A stretch of DNA of 64,000 nt from the human T2T-CHM13v2.0 reference genome, Homo sapiens. Position numbers and translations under genes: made by a program. Location of the stretch: NCBI RefSeq assembly GCF_009914755.1, contig NC_060939.1. One strand, given 5' to 3'. Positions within the stretch are counted from its first letter, which is position 1; every line of letters starts with the position of its first letter. The notes below the pieces were generated by a model, which had not been told where the DNA came from, made no database searches, and saw nothing but the letters and a program-made list of their open reading frames with translations. Shown here piece after piece: positions 36,549-50,818 of the stretch.

Positions 36549-37033
36549 TCAATTTCAGTGGTCTCTAATGGAGCAAGGATGGCCTCTTGCTTACACCAAA
36601 AATCTGAGGTAGAAATTGACCAAAATGCACAACAGAGCTTCTACCACGGATAAGAGTTGGTGGGGACATTTCCCCTTGGTAACTAGAGATGTGAAAGGCA
36701 TATGCCTCATCTGTACTATCATAACCACCCCCACAAAAAAATTGTGATGGTGGGACACAGGTCTGAGCTATATCCCAGAGGACTTTTAAACACTTGAAAA
36801 TGGGCTTTATCCACTTTCCCAAGTCACGAGATTATGCATATGTGCTAAAGGTTGCCTGTAAATTCTCTGGAGGTGAGCTCTTCTCAAGTAGAAAAGCCAC
36901 TGCAATAACTAAACTTAAAAAAAAAAAAAGTTAGACAATGGTTTTTCCCACCTGGGAAGCCAATCATACTCACTAATATTAAAGGTACTCATTTACTGGA
37001 GCAGTCATAAAGGGACTTGGTGAGGTGTTACTA

Positions 37034-37423
<390 letters not shown>

Positions 37424-37429
37424 TTAAAT

Positions 37430-37778
37430 TGGTGGTGATGTGCGCCTATGATCCCAGCTACTCGGGAGCTTTTCATTTTTCTTTCTTATTGCTTCTTGCT
37501 TTCTGTACTGCTTCTGAGGCAGGAGGATTGCTTGAGACCAGGAGTTCAAGAGCAGCCTGAGCAACATAGCAAGACCCTGTTTCCAAAAAAATAAAATGAA
37601 GTACAATACATTAGCCAGGGATGATATGCACCTGTAGTCCTAACTACTTGGGAGGCTCAGGTGGGAGGATTGCTTGAGCCCAGGAGTTTGAGACTGCAGT
37701 CAGCTATGATTGCACTACTGCATGCCAGCCTGGGCAACAGATAGAGACCTCTGTCTCTAAAACATAAAAATAATAAAA
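37430..37778 (+). mobile_element. AluJ-like element with a pyrimidine-rich insertion in the first arm
   Basis: ctactcgggag[cttttcatttt...tgctt]ctgaggcaggaggattgcttgag. Confidence 0.85.
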
Positions 37779-38138
37779 CTGGTTAAGTTATCTGAAGCTC
37801 TTAAACATCCATGGCTGAGAATTTTACCTCTAGTGGCCATCAGGTCAGCCTGTTCTGGAACTTACAGATTGTAACCTTATGAATTAACAACTAGAAGACC
37901 CATGCACCGGTAAGTTTTACCACTCGTAATTGATTGGAGCTTGCTTCAGGCAGACCTAGCTAAATACTGTCAAAGAGAAATTCAATAATCATTCTTATCT
38001 TCCATGATTGCAAACTAGATTTTCAAAAACTTCACCTTCAAAACCTCTACACTCCTTCAACCTAGATATTAGGTATTCTGGAAAAGACACCAATTGGAAA
38101 TATTCTCTAGAGACATTCTGGAAAGGATCCTAGGAAGG

Positions 38139-39733
38139 TGATAGCAGAAGCGGCCCATCTAGAATGGCAGCTGCCAAGATGCCAGCTGCAGCAGACAGGC
38201 AGGCCTGGGCCTCCCATTCTCAGAGTGGGCTGAAGCCCCGCCCTCCCTGGGTACCTCTGCAGCTGCCCTCCCAGGCGCAAGACCCGGGCATCTCTGCAGT
38301 CTGCACCCTTGGGGGCCTGGGAAGGCCCCCCATCTCCACAGGCTCAGGAGTCTCTGCTCTGCTGCCTGGCCTCTTCCCAGCTCAGCACCCTCTCTGATCT
38401 TGAAGCATGGTTGGGGCCAAGCCCAGGCACTGTCACAGCCCAGCTGGGTGTATACACACTCGGGGCAGCACCGACACACCAGCTCCCTACCGCCTCAGCC
38501 CCCTACAGGCTTTGGGCACCCACGAGCATGGGAGGGGAAGCCAAGGAGGGGCTGAGGGCAGCTTGGTGCTGGCCTGCAGGTGCCCCTTAGTTCAAGCAGC
38601 CTGGGCACCATGGACAGCAGCAGGAGGCAGACAGGTTCCTGGGTGGCAGGGGGTGGGTCCCCAGTGAAGCCCCACCTTCTGGCTGGAGAAGATCTGAAGC
38701 CTGGGGGCCAGGCCGCCAGTCCTGTGGATTGGGGGGGGAACTCATGGTGCTTTTTCCTGGGCCCGCCCATGGCTGTCCATGGAACAATCAGCATGCACTT
38801 CCCCACCCTGAGGCCCATAAAAGCCCCAGGCTCAGCCAGAGCAGGAGAGACAATGGGACAACCAGCTGCACAGAGAGCCTTCCCACTCCAGCAATGAACT
38901 ACCTGCAGAGAGGAGAAACACACTCCAGGTCCTCCTTTCTGCAAAGAGCTGTGGAAATGACAGGACAACCTGCCAGCAGAGAGGGGCCACCCACCCCAGG
39001 GCCTTCTCCTCTCTGCTGAGGGCTGAACACTCGTCAGGACACCCTGGTTGCAAAAAGGAGCTACCCACAGTGGGTCCCTGAGCTGTTCTACTGCTCAGTA
39101 AAGCTCCTCTTCATCTTGCTCACCCTCCACTTGTCTGCATGCCTCATTCTTCCTGGTTGCAGGGTAAGAACTCAAGGTGCCAAATGGCAAGTCTAGAAGT
39201 GCTGTAACACAAACAGGGCTGAAACACGCCGCTTGCTCTCCACATTGCAGGTGAAGAGTGGGAAAGAAGAGCTGAGGCCCTTTAGGGAGCCCAGACCTGG
39301 GGGCTCCCCAAGCCAGGGCTGTGACTCCCTCTTTGAGGCCCTGCGGTTCTTGGAGTCTCTGAGCTTCCAGGCACTACTGCATTCCCCCCAGGGCCAGCCA
39401 AAGCTGCTTGTGGTGTGCCTCCTCCAGCTGCAGCCTTGCAGAGAGCTGCTGCCTGTGCTGGTACCTGGAAACTGCTCCTGCTACTTCAGGAGCCGGCCCA
39501 CTTGACTGTGTGCAGCGGCCGGACCCCACACTCACTTGCTCATGCACCTTGCCACTCCACGCCTGGCTCAACCTTGGCAGCGGTGGATCCAGGCCGGTAG
39601 CATGAGCCAAGTACAGCCTGCCAGGCTGAGTGGGAGGAATAAGCTGAATAGACTGGATCAAAAGTCAGACAAAGGCACCACCAACCACAGAGGTTTCTGG
39701 CCAGAAAAATAACACCCAAAAGATCCCATAAGA
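38139..39733 (+). mobile_element. MER52-type ERV1 solo LTR
   Basis: Starts tgatagcagaagcggcccatctagaatggcagctgcc and ends ggcaccaccaaccacagaggtttctggc...gatcccataaga. 4-bp TSD aagg at 38135-38138 and 39734-39737. Confidence 0.9.
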
Positions 39734-40019
39734 AAGGTTCTTAATAACAGACATCAGTAAAACTGCAAGAAGTGTATCCTTGGATCCATGTATCCCCTGT
39801 GCAAAAAGATGGACAAAGAAATTGATTTGGTTGCAAGGGCCAACTGGGAGTCCATATCACTGGGAATCTCAAACTGCACCTTAACACAAAACAAAACAAA
39901 ACAAAAAACTCCAGATGAAGAAAACTGTCTGAAGGTTGACAGCAGCTACCCAAGTACTTTGCACCACACTGATTAATACTTGAAGCAGCTTCCACTCAAG
40001 ATCATCAGAGTAAGACCCA

Positions 40020-41800
40020 ATGACCAAAACCACAAATTTTCTTTTCTTTCTTTTTTCTTCTTGTTTCTTGCTTCTGTCTCTAACCCTTATATTGATTTGG
40101 ATTCCTTTTTGTTGATTTAAACTGGCTGACAGTACACTGATACAGTTTGGCTGTGTCCCACCCAAAATTTCATCTTGAGTTGTAATCCCCATAATCCCCA
40201 CACATCAAGGGAGAGACCAGGTGGAGGTAACTGAATCATGGGGCAGTTTCCCCAATGCTGTTCTCATCATAGTGAGTGAGATGTCATGAGATCCGATGGT
40301 TTGATAAGTGTTTGGTAGTTCCTCCTGCATTCCTTCTCCTTCCTGCCACTTTGTGAAGAAGGTGCCTTGCTTCCCCTTTGCCTTCCGCCATGACTGTAAG
40401 TTTCCTGAGGCCTCCCCAGCCATGCTGAACTGTGAGTCAATTAAACCTCTTTCCTTTATAAGTTACCCAGCCTTGGGCAGTTCTTTACAGCAGTGTGAAA
40501 ATGGACTAATACACACACCAACAATGCCTTATTCATGTTTTTTATTCTTGTCCTTAATACACGTGGTCCAGAGAGAGCTTACGCTTACCAGGGCATTTTC
40601 CATCTAAGAGTGTAAAGCTCCAGAAATCGGAAAGAATCTGGATTTTTAAATGCATCTCTGACTTCTAATGTGTCCCTTATTACTGGATATCAAGCATTCC
40701 ACATTTCTGCTCAAGATTTCCAAGCTTATGATGCTAACATGTTCTGTTCAATCATGTGGATTGAACATATTTCATTTATACAGATCAGTATAGCTATACT
40801 TATCTTAAATAATTTATAATATTGCTATAATTATACTTATCTTAAATATTAGACCCATCCAAGGCCTAAAATCTTGTCCAAAGTTTGAACTGAGAAACTG
40901 ATCAGGTTTTCTCTAATTGTTTTTGATGTTTCTACTTAAATTTTTGTAATTGTACACTAAATTCTGTGACTAACGGTAAAATTGTTTTCTCAAACTTTCG
41001 CATTCATATCATGGAAAATTTCATCAGACCCAAATCAAAACTGGAAACTAAAATTTGGACCAATTACCAAATTTTGTGCCAATACTACATTGAGGAAGGC
41101 AAACATGTTTGTGCGGTTGGAGAATTCATATATATTAAACAATTAACATTCATTGTATACTGAAAGTAGAACATACGCTTTGACAGAAAGATTTCATATA
41201 AAAGCTGTACTGAATCTGGTCAGTTTTTAACTTGCAGAAAGACATGCATTAATAAGAACTTACATGAATTTTTAAATTCCCCATTTCTATCAAGCATGTT
41301 TTACACCCATCCTAAGCTCTCAATGGAATGCAAATCTACTTGGAGGAATTAGAGATGGTGAGATCCATATCTCTATGTAAGGTATCTTTCCTTATCTTGC
41401 AGTATACAAAATTCCTATTGCCATGGTAATCATTTCAAATAAAACTATATTTGCACTCTAGGCTAAAAAAAATTAGCCTGAACTTTCTTGATAAAGTGTT
41501 ACTAGACAACAGAATTGCCTTTGATTATACACTAGCAGAGCAAGGTGATATTTGTGTCCTGACTAATACCTCCTGTTGCAGCTGGATCAATGAGAGTTCC
41601 TTACATAAAATTCAAGGACAAGCCAACAGGTTGTCCAAGTGGGATAATGCATACAGTTGAAATCTAGTCTCATGGCTTGAGTTTGACAAAAGGAGGGGTA
41701 CTTTGTATCTATTAGTTATGCTGTTTCTATCTCTGTTTCTATTCACTGCTGTTGTCAAATGATTTGTAAACAGCTTCTGAAATGCTGCTGCACCATCTCA
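40020..41800 (+). pseudogene. ERV env remnant
   Basis: ORF 41451..41660 has VLLDNRIAFDYTLAEQGDICVLTNTSCCSWIN (immunosuppressive domain plus CX6CC). Upstream LLGGIRD...IFPYLAV; downstream hydrophobic LVMLFLSLFLFTAVVK. The 5' boundary is approximate. Confidence 0.88.
40138..40513 (+). mobile_element. THE1 (D-like) solo LTR inside env
   Basis: tgatacagtttggctgtgtccc...ggactaataca; near-TSD tacac / cacac. Confidence 0.93.
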
Positions 41801-42487
41801 ACAAACATCAAATGATCCTGAATTGAAAGGATTCTAAAGTGACTCTGAAAAAACACAACTGAAAAATTAGCACCTTTGGTAGAGCGTGATGATGGCCTCA
41901 ATTCTTCATCCCTCCAGTAGCCTCAGCTTTTTCCATGTGCCCTTTCTCTTTGAGACACAGGACCACAGGACTACAGCTGAGAGTGTAACAAGAAAAACTC
42001 TCTGGTAGCACAACCCTAATCTATGCACAAGGTAAAACTAGAGAATTTTGAATCTTGTGGTTCACTTAGAGTCACCATAGCAACAACAGAACCCAAGCCC
42101 AACTCAAATATCACCTATATTGACTCAGCTCCCCACACTAGCAGAAGAGGATGTGCTCCCATCTCTATGTAAAACGCCGTTCATTTTAGCCTTTACTGTG
42201 TAACACAACATGTTTTGCTTTCAACTAAAAATTACAAGACACACAAGAAAGCAACAAAAAGCAATCCCCAGTCAAAGAGAGCAATCAAGAGAGCCAGACT
42301 TAGATATCACTGGATGTTGGAACTGTCAGACAGGAAATTTAAGATAACTATTATTAATATGTGAAAGGCTTGTGGAAAAATTCACAACATACATGAGCCG
42401 ATCATGAATTTCAACTAAAAAATAAAAACTATGAGAAAGAATCAAATGGAAATGCTAGAATTAAAAAACAAAAAAACAAAAAACAAA

Positions 42488-42786
42488 CCGGGCACAGTGG
42501 CCCACACCTGTAATCCCAGCACTTGAGGAGGCCAAGGGGGGTGGATCACTTGAGGCCAGGAGTTTGACACCACCTGGCCAACATGGCAAAACTCTGTCTC
42601 TAGTAAAAGTGCAAAAATTAGCTGGGTGCAGCGGTGCATGCCTGTAATCCCAGCTACTCAGGATGCTGAGGCATGAGAATCACTTGAATCTGGGAAGCGG
42701 AGGTTGCAGTGAGCGAGATCACGCCACCGCACTCCAGCCCGGGTGACAAAGCAACACTCCGTTTAAAAAAAAAAAAAAAAAAAAAC
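42488..42786 (+). mobile_element. AluS
   Basis: Full Alu. Confidence 0.93.
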
Positions 42787-42865
42787 AACTATGTAGGCCA
42801 CAGGCATAACACTTTTAAAGAGCAGAAAGAACAAAGCTCCCACCTTTGAATTCTATACCCAGTGA

Positions 42866-43267
<402 letters not shown>

Positions 43268-43797
43268 AGTAAATTTTTAAAGTAGAAGAATTCTGATAGC
43301 AGACAGAAACTTGGGCCAACACAGCAAATGGAAAGATGCTCAACATAATTTACCATTATTTGCCAGGGAAGTGCAAATTAAAACCACAGTGAGAGTCCAG
43401 TACACACGTATTAAAATGGCTAAAAACCTGACACCACCAAATGCTCGCAAGGACGTGGTGCAACAGACTCTCTCATATCTTATCTTGCTTGAAAGAAAGC
43501 AAAATGGTAAAGCCACTCTGAAAAACAGTTCGTTTCTTCTAAAGTTAAGCATGTACTTACCCTATGACCCTCTAATCTCACTGCTAGGTATTACCCAAGT
43601 GAACTGAAAACTCATCTTCACACAAAAACCTGTACACAAACGTTTAAAGCAGCTTTTTATGACCACAAAACTCCATAAATAGCCCAAATTTCCCTCACCT
43701 TGTGATTATGTGTCTGCAGTTGCTGCCGGCCAGGGTGTTCGTGGTCTCGCTGCCTTCAAGAACGAAGCCGGGCCTTCGTGGTGAGTGTTACAGCTCT

Positions 43798-44067
43798 TTT
43801 CTTTTTGAGACCGAGTCTCCCGCTGTTCCTCACGCCAGAGGGCAGTGGCGCGGTCTTGGCTCACTGCAAGCTCCGCCTCCCCCGTTCCGGCCATTCTCCT
43901 GCCTCCTCCTCCTGAGCAGCTGGGACTACACGCGCCCACCACCACGCCGCGCCAGCTTTTTTTTTTTTCTTTTTGCATTTTTAGTGGCTACAGGGTTTCA
44001 CCGTATTAGCCAGGATGGTCGCAAATCTCTCGACCTCCTGATCCACCTACCTCAGCCTCCCAAAGCG
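43798..44067 (-). mobile_element. 5'-truncated, unusually diverged AluY-like element inside LTR12
   Basis: ctgcaagctccgcc and ggatggtc diagnostics; agtgttacagctct repeated at 43784-43797 and 44074-44087. Confidence 0.85.
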
Positions 44068-44217
44068 CCCACCAGTGTTACAGCTCTCAAAGACGGCAGT
44101 GTTACAGTTCTTACAAATGGCACGGACCCAAAAAGTGAGCAGTAGCAGCTATAAACAAGCAAAGGACAAAGCTTCCACCACACAGAAGTGGACCCCTGCG
44201 AGTTGCCGCTGTCGGCT

Positions 44218-44250
44218 GGGGGGGCGGGGGGGGGGGGGGGGGGGGGGGGG
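44218..44250 (+). repeat. Poly-G tract (G7-C-G25)
   Basis: Read directly. Confidence 0.97.
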
Positions 44251-44811
44251 TGGCCAGCTTTTATTCCCTTATTGTCCCCACCCATATTCTGTTTCTGTCC
44301 TATCAGAGTGCCCTTTTTTCAATCCTCCCCACGATTGGCTACTTTTAGAATCCTGCTGATTGGTGCATTTTACAGAACGCTGATTGGTGAGTTTTACAGA
44401 GTGCTGATTGGTGCGTTTTACAGAGCGCCGATTGGTGCATTTTACAATCCTCTTGTGAGACAGAAAAGTTCCTGATTGGTGCATTTTACAATCCTCTTGT
44501 AAGACAGAAAAGTTCCCCAAGTCTCCACTAGACCCAGGAAGTCCAACTGGCCTCACCTCTCAATTAGATAACCAAATTGTGACATATATGTATGAAATAC
44601 TATCTATAGTGTGTGTATGTATATATACATATATATAATGAAATATTACTCAGCAGTAAAAAAGGAATGAACTACAGATACACATAACAGCATCAATGAA
44701 TCTCAAATGTGCTATCGTGCTATTAATACGTGAATAAGTCAGATTCTAAAGGCCATATGATATGGTAGAATGGGAAAAACGTTAAAACAAATCAGGAGTT
44801 GCCAATGCTGA

Positions 44812-45193
44812 TGATATGGTTTGGCTGTGTTCTCACCCAAATCTTATCTTGAATTATAATTTCCATAATCCCCACATGTCTTGGGGGGGACCAGGTGGAG
44901 ATAATTGAATCATGGAGCAGTTTCCCCCATCCTGTTCTTGTGATAGTGAGTGAGTTCTCATGAGATCTGATGGTTTTATAAGGGGTTTCCCCCTTCACTG
45001 GGCACTCATTTTTTTCTCTCCTGCCACCTTGTGAAGAAAGACATGTTTACTTTTCCTTCCACCATGATTGTAAATTTCCTGAGGCCTTAGCCTCCCTAGC
45101 CTTGCAGAACTGTGAGTCAATTAAACCTCTTTCCTTTATAAATTACCCAGTCTCGAGTATGTCCTTATAGCAGAGGGATAATTGACGAATACA
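44812..45193 (+). mobile_element. THE1 (C-like) solo LTR
   Basis: tgatatggtttggctgtgttctcacccaaatc...gacgaataca. Confidence 0.93.
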
Positions 45194-45942
45194 ACTGGGA
45201 ATTTAGGAGGAGGTGGTTATCAAAAAGCGGAATGGGGGAAGGTAGAATTTTTAGGGGTGATAGAATCATCGTGTATCTTGATTGTGTGGGTGGTGGGTGT
45301 AGTGGTTACACAACTGTATAAGATTCAAATCTCATAGAATTGTATACTAACAAGAATTTTACTGTATATAAATCACACTTCATTAAATATAAAACAAATC
45401 AATAAAAAAAAACAATCTACTCAATACAACACCCAAGACTGATCTGAATGTGATCTGAATCTGAAAGCCTGATAATTCTCTCATCCTTTCAGGTCAACCT
45501 TTCATCTCTGAATGAGGTAAGGACATTATAAAGGACTATAAAAAAAACTTTATAATTATAGCAATACTTGCCTGGGGTTTGATCAAACATGAATATTATT
45601 TTGACCAGCCAAAGCTGTTAAATGACTATAAACTTTGAGCAATACACTAGCAAAGGTGATAAACAACCAAGAGGTGATCCTCACCCAACCTAACGAAAAT
45701 TCTTTCCCAACTAAAGAGCAATGAGACTCACTTCACACAACATACAGATGGATGCATTCTGCCCAGTCCAGGCTGTGCGCTGCAATTGTTAACTGGCAAA
45801 ATCACAATGAACCTGTCCTTTCTAGCACATAAAATTCCTGATTTTTTTTTCCCTGTGGGGATCCACTCAATTGAAATAAATATAGTGCTTACATTTTCAG
45901 TCAGTAGGTGGTCCTTATCATTCCTTTAATAATACACCCAGA

Positions 45943-46253
<311 letters not shown>

Positions 46254-46556
46254 TACACCCAGAAAACCACTATCACCACTATCTAGGTCATGAAACAGAA
46301 CAGACTGGAACCACAGTAATAATGCATTTTCCCAAAATATTACATTCCTGCCTCCCTAAAGGTAACCACTATCATACTTTTAACACCATAGACTAGTTTT
46401 GCCTATTTTGTAGCATTGTGTAAATTGAACCATATAGTATAAATAATTTTATGCCTCAACCTTATGCTTATGGGAGTTGTCCATATTACAGCATGTGTAA
46501 GTAGCTGTTCATTTTTATTACCGTATGATATTCCATTGCACGAATATGCCACTATA

Positions 46557-46856
46557 TTTTTTTTTTTTTGAGACAGAGTCTTGCTCTTTCACCCAGGCTG
46601 GAGTGCAGTGGTGCTATATGTCAGCTCACTGCAACCTCTGCCTCCCAGGTTCAAGCAATTCTTGTGCCTCGGCCTCCCGAGTAGCTGGGATTACAGGTGT
46701 GCACCACCACACCTGGCTAATTTTTTTTGTATTTTTAGTAGAGACAAGGTTTCACCATGTTGCCCAGGCTGGTCTCGAACTCCTGAGCTCAAGCAATCCG
46801 CCTGCCTTGGCTTCCCAAAGTGCTAGGATTTCAGGCGTGAGCAACCACACCCAGCC
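46557..46856 (-). mobile_element. AluS inside an antisense L1ME-type fragment (about 46260-46935)
   Basis: Full Alu; flanks include ggtaaccactatc...tagttttgcctattttg. Confidence 0.9.
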
Positions 46857-46962
46857 ACCACTATGTTTATGTACCTGCTATCAGTGAACATTTAAATTGT
46901 TTTTGGCTTGAGCTATTATAAATAATATGCAAGGATAAATAAATGCAAGGATCTTTCCATTA

Positions 46963-47293
46963 CACTATGGTTCAAATGTGCCCCCTCCAAAATTCAAGTA
47001 TTGCCAATGTGATAGTATTAAGAGATGGGACTTTTAAAATGTGATTCAACCATGAGGGCTCCTTTTTCTAACTGAAATTAGGTGCCCTTCTAGAGGGACT
47101 TGATGGAGGGCTTTGCTCTCTCTTGCCCTTCTGCTGTCCATCCTGTGAGGACACACACACAAATGCCCTCAGCAGATGCCAGTGACTTGATCTTTGACTT
47201 CGCAGCCTCCAGAACTGAGAGAATAATTTTTTTTCTTTATAAATTACTGAGTCTCAGGTATTCTCTCACAGCAGCACAAAATTGACTAAGACA
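46963..47293 (+). mobile_element. MST-type MaLR solo LTR
   Basis: ctatggttcaaatgtgccccctccaaaattca...cagcctccagaactgaga...gactaagaca. Confidence 0.85.
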
Positions 47294-47510
47294 TGTACCT
47301 TTCAGATGTGTATCTTTTGGGTTTCGAACCATGTGACTATATTACCTCTTCAAAATTGAATCAAATTAAAATTGTAAAGTAATGAACAAATCCAGTGAGC
47401 ATTTCTTTGGATTTCTTTCTGACAAGTAGTAGTGCAAATACACTCTGTGTGAAAAGTAGTTTTAAAGTAGCACTTTATTGTTATCATTGGCAATTAGAAT
47501 CCAATAATTA

Positions 47511-47750
47511 CAGTTGACCCTTGAACAACACAGGTTTGAACTGCGTGGGTCCACTTCTATGAGGACTTTTTTCAACCCAACGAGGATTGAAAATACAGTA
47601 TTCATGGGATGTGAAACCTGCATACACAAAGGGCCAACTTTTCTTATAGGTGGGTTCCAGAAGGCCAACTGCAAGATTTAAAGATGCACAGATTTGGGTA
47701 TCCTCTGGCAGTCCTGGAACCAATCCCCCTCAGATACCAAGGGACAACTC
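47511..47750 (-). mobile_element. MER8-like (TcMar-Tigger) MITE
   Basis: TIRs cagttgacccttg ... caagggacaactc, flanked by TA on both sides; 240 bp. Confidence 0.88.
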
Positions 47751-47936
47751 TATAATTATTGTAAAGCATTAATGATATTTACATGAATTAAGAGTGTGGT
47801 TGTAATTACAGCATTTTTTGCTGATTTGTAAAGAATTCTCCATTTAATGAAAATTAGTAAACAAGGCCAAAGATGTTTTAACTGAAAAAGGAAATTAAAG
47901 GTTCATTTGAAAGAATCAGACAATTGCATCCTCTGA

Positions 47937-48251
<315 letters not shown>

Positions 48252-48680
48252 GAGAAGATGTAATTTTATCACATAAAATTCAGATACCCTCACTGTGTTT
48301 TAATTCAGCTGGCTAATTTATCTGAGATTATACTTTAAAACCTGAGTATAAACAAAAAAGAGGTATGTAACATTAGGTTGACTGTTACAATTCAGTAGAA
48401 TATTTAATGAGCTACACACATACACACACATTTACAAGCATCCAAGGCTATAATACACAGAAATCATAAAACCAATGGCTGACAGTCTCCACTTCATTAT
48501 TACTGTTTACTGTAAGGTCATTATTAAAGTAGTGTGAAAACTGTTGCCCAATGGAATAACTGTTGTTTTCCATTTCAATACAAATGTAGTCAGTGACACA
48601 CACATTAACCTTTAAAACACCCATGTTTTCCATGTCCATGTCTACCTAAGACATCAGAAAACTATTTACTTAAAGAAAAT

Positions 48681-49010
48681 GCGCCAGGCATGGTGTATTA
48701 CGCCTGTAATCCCAACACTTTGGGAGGCCGAGGCAGGCAGATCACTTGAGGCCAGGAGTTCGAGACTAGCCTGGGCAACATGGGGAAACCCCATCTCTAC
48801 TAAAAATACAAAAATTAACTGGGAGTGGTGGTGGGTGCCTAAAATCCCTGCTACTGGGGAGGCTGAAGCCAGAGGATTGCTTGAGCCCAGGAGGTGGAGG
48901 TTGTGGTGAGCCAATATCGTGCAACCGCATTCCAGCCTGGGTGATGGGAGTGAAACCCTGTCGCAAAAAAAAAAAAAAAAAAAAAAAGAAAGAAAAAAGA
49001 AAATGAAATA
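48681..49010 (+). mobile_element. Alu (J/S)
   Basis: Full Alu. Confidence 0.93.
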
Positions 49011-49468
49011 AAATGCAGCTGCATAACTGAGGCTCACAAAGCTACTCTGCCATGGGTTACTACAGGAAAATGGAGATTCTGGGAGAAGAAATAGTATATA
49101 CATCCAAAAGTTTTGGTTTTGCTGCAGTCTTATTGTGCCTGCTTTTAAAAAATCCGATGTGAAGATTTTCCCCAAATAAAAATATTTTTTATAATAGGAT
49201 AAAGTTATATCCCAGCATAGTGATATTCATGACCATCCTCGCCCCTCCTTTGTATGGTCTTTGTGTCATTCTTGACAGGTCCACCATTTTAGTGCATTAC
49301 ACCCTGCAACCTGGCTCCAGACAGAAGACTCCCTCTTCTTCTCAGAAGCCTGCCTGGGCTGCACAGGGCCACTTCGCCCAGCAGTGTTCACAACTCTGTC
49401 TGCCGGCTCTCTGCTGCCCCTCTCCATCCATGCCACGCACACGAGCCCATAAGGACTGCCTCCCGATT

Positions 49469-49766
<298 letters not shown>

Positions 49767-49957
49767 AGGACTGGCTCCTGATTCTAACGGTTGCCCGGAA
49801 TCCCGTGCCCAGCCCAGCTGAGCTCTGTACCCACTAGGGTACTTGATCTGCTGTAATTGCTCTGGGCCTCAGCCTCTCCATGCAGCACACACACACATGC
49901 TTGGTGTGCTTCACAAGGATATAGGGAGAGCTTTAGGAGAGGCAGACTTGTCTTCTA

Positions 49958-50818
<861 letters not shown>

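Larger units (their letters stand above)
43709..44562 (-). mobile_element. LTR12-family (ERV9; LTR12F-like) solo LTR
   Basis: Reverse complement begins TGAGAGGTGAGGCCAGTTGGACTTCCTGGGTC and ends GACACA. Tandem CCAAT repeats. Perfect TSD atta at 43705-43708 and 44563-44566. Confidence 0.92.

Noticed and set aside
38159-39661. Cluster of overlapping ORFs
   Set aside because: GC-rich MER52 LTR sequence with few stop codons.
44355-44520. Regularly spaced 24-bp repeats resembling a CRISPR array
   Set aside because: They are the tandem CCAAT units of LTR12, with no unique spacers, in a primate genome.
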